A stretch of 40,037 nucleotides of DNA, from contig JBHJMP010000335.1 of the NCBI GenBank assembly GCA_043381765.1, positions 1 to 40,037 of the forward strand, read 5' to 3'. Both the position numbers and the translations under genes were made by a program. This DNA is from Collodictyon triciliatum. Taxonomy: Eukaryota. This document shows, piece after piece, positions 15,936 through 25,495 of this stretch. Within the stretch, counting starts at the first letter, position 1; the number at the start of each line of letters is the position of its first letter. The notes under the pieces are model-generated. The model worked only from the letters and a program-made list of their open reading frames with translations, searched no databases and was not told where the DNA came from.

Positions 15936-18562
15936 TTATTTGTTCTTCTTCCTTGGCTTGTCCTTCTTCGAGGGCTTCTGTGATGTTCCGATGAAGTGGT
16001 TGGCAGCCTTTGATATCAAATAGTTGCTTTAGTAACCATCCTTCGCTTTCTCATGCCTTTGAAGCGATAATATTTTGCATAGAAATACTACCAAGTTCGG
16101 GTTTGATTAAGGAAAAGGGAAACCGAGAAACACCCTTAATTCCGTATCCCACATAAAATATTCTTTTGGGCTCCTCTCTTTACTTCCTCACTTCTCATTG
16201 TATGTGTGACGCCTCTGTGAGCAGAACAAAAGTATCTGCAAACCTTTTTGCGGTCGAGCCGAGCAGCATCGGGCCCAAGTAGGCGATTCAATACCTGCAT
16301 ATTAGACTCCTTCTCATTCCTTGAGGAATCCGCAACAGACTCGAACTAGAAGCGATTACGAAATTTAGAAGTATATACCAGTGGGTTTGATTGACTTCAT
16401 CTTGGAATTTAAAGACCCCGTAAGACGAGACCAGCGTAAATGAACCAAGAAAGATAAGAGGAGGAGAGATAAAAAAAAAAAAAGACAATTAAGCGTGATT
16501 CATCATGGTGTGTCTAAAGAAAGAAAAACCTTTTGTCGTTTGTTTGCTTCCTTATGCTCTGCTTCGTAAGGAATTCGCTTGTTGAATTTGCCGAGCGAGG
16601 CCGTGGACTTGTAAACCGAAGATATGGCAGTTTCTTGATGAAATTGAGCGGTGAGTTTGTTTATTCGTCAATGTGACACGTAAGGTAAATTCTGATACTT
16701 TTTCAGAAATCTTGATGAAAAACAAATAAATATAATCGGTCATGTGGATACCTATGTCGCTCTTGAGTTGATGTGGTGCCGGGACTTTTGTTGTTGCACC
16801 CTGGTGGGCTGGTAAATAAATTGGCGTAGATTATGTCATTAATTTACTTGAAGAAAATATCTTAATTATTGCCTTTTTTTTTTTTGCAAAACCATTCTGG
16901 CGTAAGAGTGAATAGAATCAAAACCAGCTTTCTTTCTATCTATCCCCAGCGTGTTTCTTATATTTCTATCTTCGCGTTCTTTCTGCTTATCAACACGCTC
17001 CTTCTTCTTTTTAGAGCGCTCTTCGAAAGGATCAACGACAGCTGTTTTAATATTATAAAAAGTTGAATTAGGGGCAGCAAAATTTAAAGAGCGGTAATTT
17101 TACAATTTAACTCTTATCCTTTCATTCCTTTCCTGTCTTTATATTGGTATGTTTTTTGTTAGAAACTGGATATCAAACAACCTTCTCCTGCTCTTCCCTT
17201 GTATTCAACTACCCAGTCATCTTCAACACGCTTAGCCCGACCAAGTCCCCAACGAGGAAGGTCCTTTCCTGTATTCTCGTCAAATTCCTACAAATGCCGT
17301 AATGGTATGTGAGCATTTATCTTGCTTTGCTATTTCATTATGCTTGTTTGGAACCATGAAATGCGTGTTGAATGAATTCAGATAGGAATGGAGGGATATG
17401 CAGACGAAAAAGGTCGCTTTGATATAACAAATTGTACTCGGCGACTTTGTTTCTTCTTAACGATCCCTTTTTCGAGGGCAAACTTCTCCCATTTTGTGAG
17501 TGGCTTTCCTTTAGGAATCTTTTAAATTCAAGAAAGGGAATATTAGGCTATCTGAATAGACAATCGATATTGAAATATCTGAAATACGTAGTATTCACTC
17601 ATTTGTACTAACTGAAGGAAAAAAATTATATTAAGAGGTGAAAGGGAATTATTTTTTTGAAAAGATTCATTTCAAGCTGCTTTAAAATATTTTACTGCGC
17701 AAAATTCAATGCGATTACAAATAGATTGGAAATAAAGTGCTATTTACTGGCTTTTCTCTGGGAATGACAGTTTTAGGTTCAGGCAAGGTTGCAAAAACGC
17801 CGTCATCATTTCTATCAGTAGGAAGTGAAAATATCTGATTTATCAGAAGCTGGGCATTGTCTCGGTTAAGGCTTTTCAAGTGTCCGTCAGGATCTTCCCT
17901 GCGAAAATAATAAAGAATTTGAGTTGTACAGGAGATATCATTTCTGGCAAGTAAGGGTATTTGTGTCAGGATGGTATGTTAATTTGACGGCAACTTGGAT
18001 ACGGTAAAGTGATAGTGTGTTTATGGTGCTTTTAAATACTCAACTTCTTAAATTTCTACTTAATCTGTCTTATGAATAAACCATCAAATATCATTTATAG
18101 GAAACAAGAGGAAAAGAAATATAATAACTCTTGCAATAAATGAGTTTGTTGGATTCTCAATACATAAAAGCTAGGGCATCTTACTTCAAGGCCTCTGGAT
18201 CCACAGCAGAAAGATCAAAGATGGCCATATTTCCAAGGTCATACTCCACTTGCCCATCCTTCTCTACTTCAATTAGCTTTCTAATGTGCGGTAGATAATC
18301 AGAGCGTTAGAGTCTCAGTTGGCTCCTGTTGAACACAAGATAAGTTGTATTGAAAAATATCTCAGACTTGGCAGGTTCTAACTTTTCTGTCAGAATGAAG
18401 CCTTTACAGGAAACAGGCGGCCTTTATTACATCCAAAGATGAACTTGAGCGGCACACACATTGTGTTGTTCCTCGCCATCAAATACTGAAATAAGAAAGA
18501 GAAAAAAAGTAATTAAAAGAATTTGCTTACTGGGAACCCGAAAGGATCGAAGTCACGTCCAT
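15936..18562 (-). CDS. RRS1: ribosome biogenesis regulatory protein RRS1 (multi-exon)
   Basis: Exons give MDVTSILSGSQKLIEVEK..EYDLGNMAIFD, RDNAQLLINQIFSLP...[46 protein letters not shown] and STASLGKFNKR, all diagnostic RRS1 motifs. Confidence 0.93.
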
Positions 18563-20222
18563 CGACACTGTTTTCGACCTTCAAGAAAAATAAAAACCTA
18601 AGACTGCGAAGAAAAGAAGAAAAGACATGTGTCTGGTTTGAAGACATCTTCGAAGAAAAGCGGGGAGTTGAATTGGGGCAAAGAGCCTGTTGGGTGAGTG
18701 CGAGTTTATTTGCTGCCTCTTTCGACCCTCTCGTTTGCGTGGGGCTCTACGAGGGTAACAACTGCTCTCGCCAGAAAGGCCAAGGCAGCCAACCAGCCAG
18801 TCGTCTTCATTATCGATGATCGTACCATCTGTGGTCTGTCTGATTCTTCTTAAGATCGCTGCTTCGTGATGTACTACATATGTTGCCCACTCTGGTAAAG
18901 CATATTTATCAATTAATTTATTATTCATTATTAATTTTAGCAAATTAGAGCAAAAATTTTGCTAAATAGTATAGTTATATGAATAAATCAATAATTTCCG
19001 CATTTAAATGAGGGTGGTGCGCTATTCGCCGCTAGTCTCAGGCCGGTTTGTTTGGCTTCCTCGTCGTGCTTGCGTTGCTACAAGAAGCCCAGGAGATGAG
19101 AGTGGACGCGTATGAAAGCAGGGAAAGGTGTTAGTTCTGGTAAAAACTTTTTCTTAAATCCCTTTCCATCTTCATAAATCTCGCATCTACGGTCTTTGAT
19201 TCTGCAAGGTTGTCTACGAACACCCGCCTTTATAAAAGTGTCCGCTTGTGTGCGGCAGGCTCAAAGCTTGACTCATAAATGCACACCTACCCATCCTCTC
19301 CGCATCTACGGGATATGTAAAGCCCTAGCTACCGGTCATCAGCTGTGATTATACAGAAGGTTATCAGATAATTTATTTGCGTAAAGAGAGCAAGCATTTC
19401 GGGGAGGGGGCGATAGAAAAACGTTGTGGCCCTAGACAACGAGAGGCCCAAACGACGTTTCAAGCTCAAAATGTACAGAGTGTTATTGCAATATCAGAAA
19501 GACCTTTTCCTTGGACTTGGTTGTCTCTGGGATTATATTGCGTAGCGCGAGTGGGGCCAAAAGAGGAGAAAGGAAAAACCAACAAGATTAAGAAATGGAC
19601 ATGTTTCTATAAGCCAATCTTTCATCTACGCTATCTGTCGAACGAGAATATCCGCGACTACCGAATTCGCGGATTGCAACAAACATCCAAACTGAAGCAA
19701 GAAGGCAGAGAAGGAAGAAAAAAAAACATCAACATCAAACAGACGGTTTCGCTCCCCCACTCACCTCCAAATGAATCAGCGCCAAAGAAGGTCCCGTACA
19801 AGACGTAAACCGCTTCCCTCAGCGGCCGATCGTTCTTTCACTCAGGTTCGCAAAAGGGCAGAAGACAGACAGCGGCACAAACGCAAAGAGGCATCCAAAC
19901 AAAGGCAGAACCATGCCACGAGTATTTGACTTTTCTCGTCTCTCTGCGAGGATCGAGACGGAACAGGCTGCCACTTCCGAGGCAGCACCAAAGTTTGCCC
20001 AGGGAAACCGAGTGCACGTAATATAGCACATACTGTCCTTCAAGTAGAGCCCCCCTCTAGTTTCTGTCGCTTTTATCTTTCTTTATTATTTCCATTAGCT
20101 CTTATGTTTTGTCAGTATCCTCTCCAAGACAACAGCACCCACAGCATTCTTTAGTTTCTTTAGTCATCAATATGTTCTCATGCAAGTAATCATGCTACCC
20201 ATATGTAACCTTGGCTCCGAAG

Positions 20223-21395
20223 GCATTGTCCATCTGCCTTCTTTATGGCTCGGCCTCCCTTTTATCAAACTTCCTGCAACGATACCTTCGCGAGGCATAC
20301 GGCTACTCCAATACTATTGAGATGACTCTTATCCAGTCTGTTCTTCTTCTTGTCATATTTTTTGGAGCCAAGCAGATGGAGTTCACTCAGTTTGAGCTAT
20401 TGCCAAAGAAGCGAATGAAGCAGGTGCTCTTGAATATCAGATATGGACTATATTTTTAGATGGGTATATGTATATACAAATTTGATTCTATTCCAGTATA
20501 TATATTTGTTTGATAATTCAACTTTCTGTTGTGTCTTTGAAACAGATAATACCACTCGTGATTTTCTTTGTTGCCAAGACCCTATTAGTCCATTATGCCC
20601 AACCACATCTTAGCATTGATTCTTTCACTATCTTTCGAAGACTTACAACCTTAATTGTCCTATGGCTAGGTTCTCAGTTTATTTATATTTAACATCCAAA
20701 CCAACCTATCATATGGTATACACTTTTTTGTGGGATTTTCATTAGAATTTACAAGATTCTTAATGTAAAATCATACAGAAATAGTATTTCTTGGATCGCA
20801 GCCGCCGACAATCATGCATTACTGCATCATCCTTCTGGTCTCTAGTACCATGGTAACTGATTGGGCTGGTCTCTCATGGGACTATAAAGGAATCAGTCTC
20901 GTTCTTGCTGGGGATGTTTCTATTGCAGCCGAGCTTGTTTGGGCACACAAATACCTCCACATCGACCAGACATCAGACTCGGCCTCTTTACTATGGAGCT
21001 GCCACCTGTTATCGCTGCCCCTACTTTCAATTGCGTGGGGGCTGTCTGCCTCGCCCATCGTGCCCGTCCCTGAAAAATTGGCTCTTGATGCAGCTCGGAA
21101 TCAGGATGGAGTTCATTTCATGTATATTGCATTCGTTTGTGCTGTGAGCATGCTTGTGGTCCGAGTCGCTACGATTTGGTGCATTGAATCGACAAGCTCC
21201 TTGACAACCTCTGTCGTGGGAAATGTGAAGCATCTCTTTTCGTGGATTATTAGAGAATTGCTATTTCCAACATTTGTATTCGTAGACATCCGAATAGCAG
21301 CAGCAGCCCTAGTGAACCTTTTGGCAGTAATAGGCTACGCTTATCTTGTTGTTCTTGAAGAGCCGAGCGAAACCAAGCTTGCGTGGTATACTTGA
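20223..21395 (+). CDS. nucleotide-sugar transporter (SLC35D/TPT-like, DMT superfamily); first exon not resolved
   Basis: Multiple TM segments: LYGSASLLSNFLQRYL, LSIDSFTIFRRLTTLIV and WCIESTSSLTTSVVGNVK (the family's T-S-LT-SVVG-K motif). Confidence 0.82.
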
Positions 21396-22088
21396 AACCA
21401 CGGAAAGGCTATGCGATGAGGACTTTCTCGTCTCAAGACCATCTTAAAATCTGGAGATTGATAAGTCATATCCTATCCTTCCTCTTTTTCTTTTTCACTC
21501 CCACTTTTTCTTCATCTTTTTTTTTAAAAAAAAAAATTCTTAAGAAAAAGCAATCATAATTCGATGATTTTGTCCAACTAATAAAACTTAAATCAGACTC
21601 TCTTCGCTGGCGAACATTTTATTATTCTCGGGAAAGCTGTATTTGGTGCGAATTTAGGTGAAAGCTAGGTGGTGTGTGTTGCCGTTTATTTTAATTTCCG
21701 GATTTGGACATGGCGACTTGTCCCTGATTTCAGCGAACAGGATTATTCCTTCGCCGAAATGAAGTACCGAAAGTCATCAAGAGGCGCGGGTACAAAAGAT
21801 GTATGGCGAAGAAAGCAGGCATTTGTCGCGTTCCTATGGCGCAAGTAATTCTGTGAGCCTCCTTCATACCTTTGTGCAAAACGGTGCTTCACGGGCAAAC
21901 GAATGTCTCTGTCCGAGGAGTAAAAAGCTTGGCTGTGTTGATGTGGTCTATACATACTGTTTTAACAAAGAATTATAAGAATATCAAGAATTACAATTCA
22001 AGAAAGGCCTACTTCTTTACATTTTTTTTTTTATCAAAGACTTCTTGATTTATAAATTTATCTCTCATTTAATTTTTTTTATTTATTT

Positions 22089-24773
22089 ATGAATAGAAAC
22101 AAGATAGCGCGAGAAAAAAAAACAACTTGTGATTTGCATTTGTCAATGGACAGCGCTTTGAAATCTATGTCGACGAATTTGTCCGCACTTAAGGCGAATA
22201 CTACCAAACCGGCTCAAAGCAGGAAAAGATGTGCGGGACTGTACAAGCGTTTCATGGAGGTCAAGAATCTTGCAGAGACTGAGGACTGGAGAGAAAAGCT
22301 GAATGATGAGTATGTCGAGTTTTTGAACAAGTTTAACTCAATTATCAAAAATGCGTCCAGGGTAGCCTTAAAGTATCGAGTCCAAAAAAACATGCACAAG
22401 TGGAGTGAGCTCTTTGGAGTTCAAGATGAGTTTCAAGTGGTACACAACGAGCTCAGGGACTTGCTCTTAAGTTACGGAATGTCCGATGGCGAGAGTGAAT
22501 ACACTGAGTATACGCAAGAAAAGATTGATGACCTGGACGAGATGGAAACCATGCTGCATACAATATTGCGAAGTCCTGGTCGCATAACAGCACTTCACAC
22601 AAACACGGACGAAATTGAGCGAGGACTTCATATGGTTCAGGTCCAAAAAGGGATGTCTGTCTCCTCCGTACAAGCAGCGGATATTGAGATTTTGGATCGT
22701 CTGTCTCACGGACACGAGAAAGATGTGTTTAAAGCGGTTTGGAAGACCTCTTTAGTTTGTATTTACAAGTATGAGCGACATAAAGTCGATTGGTACGACG
22801 CACGTCTGTCTAAACTCTTGAAAGACCTGCCGGTGTATCCAAAACTCCGACATCCCAATGTTGTCGACTTTTATGGAATTCGTACGGAGGAAAATGAGGT
22901 GCATGTTGTCTTGGAATACGTAAGGGATGGACCGTTAAGGAACAGCGTGAGACGATTTTTTGAGTTTGGCCGAGTACCCAATGAGGTAATGTTGTCGTAC
23001 AGTTTGGATATCGTGGAAGGGGCGATGCATTTGCATAGCACAGCACCCTTTGCGTACAGCGACAACTTGGGACTCGACACCATATATGTGGTGAACGGGC
23101 GGTGCAAAATTTTGGCCATCCAATTCCAGCGCGACCAAATGGTGAGCGAGTCGAGGGAGGCCACGGAAGACTACTCTGAATCTGCACTGGGGATTCTGTC
23201 ACCATCGTCATCGGCCACGGAGGAAGGCGTAGGAGACTCATCGAGTGCACTGAATGCCACAGCCTCCACAGCATCAGCAAGTGCCGTTCACGGAAACACT
23301 GTGGCCACAGCCATGGCCGCCCCAGCAGCCGACAGCAGCACGCACGGAGCGGAAGAGCCGACAGCGGTAGGGAACGAGGGGAAGGAGAAGGAGAAAGAGA
23401 AGGAGAAGACGGTGGTCTACAAAGTATCCCTGATGATGTGGCAGATGCTGTGCGGGGTGGAGACGACGCCGTGGGACTCCAGCCTGCCAGACGAGATTGC
23501 CGCAAGCATGGCGCAGGTGATCAACCAAGGGCTCAGCGCATCGCCCGGGGAGCGACCCACGCTGCGGGAGCTGCGGCGACAACTTTCGGAGGAGGCGCGG
23601 ACCGTGCTGCTGGGGTCGCGGGCGGTGCGGGACGAACTGCGGGAGACACGCAGGGCACTGGGCGAGGCCACGGCCGAGAAGGCACGGCTGCAGCGGGAGG
23701 CCGGGGAGCGCGATGGGGCTGCGAAGCGCCGTGCAGACGCGCTGGAGCGGGAGGTGGCTGACGCACGGACACGCCGCCGACTGCCCCGCACCACGCTGTG
23801 CCTCGCGCTGCAGGACGGATCCGTCGCCGCCTGGGACGCGGATGCGGATGCGGATGCGGATGCAGAGCTGGCGCGGGTGTCTGCGGCGGACCTGTGGGGC
23901 GCTGCGCCGCGCGTGTGCACCGTCCGCACCCGGGCAGGCCATGCGCGTGCGCTGATCTACCGCGCCGGCGCGGGTGTGGTCTGGGACGTCGGCACGGGCG
24001 GACGCACGCCACTGCACCGCGGCCGGGCAGCCGCACACATCAGCGCGGCGGTTGCGCTGCGCCCGGGGATCCTGGCCACCGGCGAGGCAGACGGGGCCCT
24101 CCGGCTCTGGGACGCAGACACCGGCGCAGCCGTCGCGGCGGATCGGGCCGCACACACGCCCTGCACGTCGCGCGTGGATGCGGTTGCGGCCGTCGCGGGC
24201 GGGCACGCGCTCGCAGCTGTGGCCGGGGAGGTCCTGACCCTGTGGGACGCGGCCGCCGCAAAGGCTGTGCGCTCGCTCGCGACAGGCCCGGCTCTGGCAG
24301 TGGCGGTGGCTGCGGCTGCGGCTGCCGGGGACCACGGCGCGCACCTGCTGCTGACTGCCGCGGCGGACGGGGCCCTTGCGCTGTGGGACCCCCGCGCGTG
24401 GTTCCGGACGTGTGCGGCCCGTGTGCGGGTGTGGGGCGGGATCCGCGGGGCCCACGCGGCTGCGCCTGTGGCTGAGTCTGTGGCTGTCCTCACCGGCGAC
24501 GGCGCTGTTGCGCTGTGGGACCTCCGCGCCCCGGCGGCAGTGGTTCGGCACCCGTGCGCGGTGTGGGCAACGCCTGCGGCCCCCGCAACCCCGCAGACGC
24601 CCGCGGATCTGCTGCTCCTGCCGTGGCGCTCCCGTCTGCACTATGCGGCTGTGGCGCCCTCCGGCGGCGTTGCGCTGGTCTCGGCGGACGGTCCTGTGTG
24701 CCACGTCCACACGCTGGCGGCCCGCCTCTCCCTGGCCGACGGGCCTGCCGTTGTGGCTGACCTGCCCCTGTGA
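22089..24773 (+). CDS. MLKL-like N-terminal helical bundle + brace + TKL-type pseudokinase + coiled coil + WD40-like repeats
   Basis: Uninterrupted 894-aa ORF. Helical N-terminus (SRKRCAGLYKRF...FLNKFNSII...QDEFQVVHNELRDLL). Kinase fold (LRHPNVVDFYG, VVLEYVRDGPL, VYKVSLMMWQML, PGERPTLREL) with degenerate catalytic motifs. WD repeats (LATGEADGALRLWD, LLTAAADGALALWD, GDGAVALWD). A possible extra 5' exon at 21759-21844 would splice in frame to 22097. Confidence 0.82.
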   Translation: MNRNKIAREKKTTCDLHLSMDSALKSMSTNLSALKANTTKPAQSRKRCAGLYKRFMEVKNLAETEDWREKLNDEYVEFLNKFNSIIKNASRVALKYRVQKNMHKWSELFGVQDEFQVVHNELRDLLLSYGMSDGESEYTEYTQEKIDDLDEMETMLHTILRSPGRITALHTNTDEIERGLHMVQVQKGMSVSSVQAADIEILDRLSHGHEKDVFKAVWKTSLVCIYKYERHKVDWYDARLSKLLKDLPVYPKLRHPNVVDFYGIRTEENEVHVVLEYVRDGPLRNSVRRFFEFGRVPNEVMLSYSLDIVEGAMHLHSTAPFAYSDNLGLDTIYVVNGRCKILAIQFQRDQMVSESREATEDYSESALGILSPSSSATEEGVGDSSSALNATASTASASAVHGNTVATAMAAPAADSSTHGAEEPTAVGNEGKEKEKEKEKTVVYKVSLMMWQMLCGVETTPWDSSLPDEIAASMAQVINQGLSASPGERPTLRELRRQLSEEARTVLLGSRAVRDELRETRRALGEATAEKARLQREAGERDGAAKRRADALEREVADARTRRRLPRTTLCLALQDGSVAAWDADADADADAELARVSAADLWGAAPRVCTVRTRAGHARALIYRAGAGVVWDVGTGGRTPLHRGRAAAHISAAVALRPGILATGEADGALRLWDADTGAAVAADRAAHTPCTSRVDAVAAVAGGHALAAVAGEVLTLWDAAAAKAVRSLATGPALAVAVAAAAAAGDHGAHLLLTAAADGALALWDPRAWFRTCAARVRVWGGIRGAHAAAPVAESVAVLTGDGAVALWDLRAPAAVVRHPCAVWATPAAPATPQTPADLLLLPWRSRLHYAAVAPSGGVALVSADGPVCHVHTLAARLSLADGPAVVADLPL

Positions 24774-24919
24774 GCTCCTGCGCCGGCTGCGCGCCTCAAC
24801 ACCACACTGCATTGCATTGCATGGCATTGCACTCCCAACGAGATGGTGTGCGCAACAAAGAGCACACTTCTAAAGATCCGGTTGGTATCTTTGTTTTTAG
24901 TGTTTCTCTGTCTGTTTGG

Positions 24920-24920
<1 letters not shown>

Positions 24921-24952
<32 letters not shown>
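24921..24952. repeat. (TGTC)n microsatellite
   Basis: Tetranucleotide tandem repeat downstream of the pseudokinase gene. Confidence 0.9.
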
Positions 24953-24953
<1 letters not shown>

Positions 24954-25495
24954 TGTGCCCTTTTGTTCCATTTCAGATACAACCGCGGAAATGATTCGGT
25001 GGGGGTATATATATGTGTATGCCTCGAATATATCTCGTCCTTGCTTCCTTGTTGGGCGAAAGCGCGGGCAAAGAGGAAAAGCTGCTTCGAGTTGTGTATG
25101 TCGCAGGAATGTGTCAGAGAGGCCAGAAGGGATCGAAAAGCAAGGGTGCCGGATACCTTTTGGCTCTGCCTTTGTGCCTACTCTCTATTATTTATTTATT
25201 TATTTGTTCCTTTTTCCTTTTATCATTACTGTTCTCTATTTGCTTACCCTTTCACTCAGCCTCCCTCCAATTTTTCTTCTGTTCCTCTTTCTTTCCTCAA
25301 AACGAGCTGTTTCTTGCGGTTGATCAGATCTTGCGCCGCGATCGTGGGCGTTGATCAGGCGTCTGCTGTGATCGGTTTGAACAGAGCTTGCGTGTCTTTG
25401 ATCGAGAATATTTTTTTTTTGGTCGCCGGCTATGTGTTTGATCTAAGTTGATTTCTCTCTGCGGGTGAAGCGCGATCCCAAAGCCAACCGAAAGC

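Noticed and set aside
18705-18735. SRP RNA helix 8-like GGTCGAAAGAGGCAGC on the minus strand
   Set aside because: The symmetric-loop consensus is incomplete and no Alu domain or helix 6 is evident.
18590-18845. U3 snoRNA (GATGATCG...CTGA resembles its 3' end)
   Set aside because: No box A/A', imperfect box B geometry, and the 5' end would collide with the RRS1 start.
23274-24982. Many long overlapping ORFs on both strands (up to 517 aa)
   Set aside because: Shadow ORFs caused by stop-codon scarcity in very GC-rich DNA; only the 22089-24773 frame has domain motifs.
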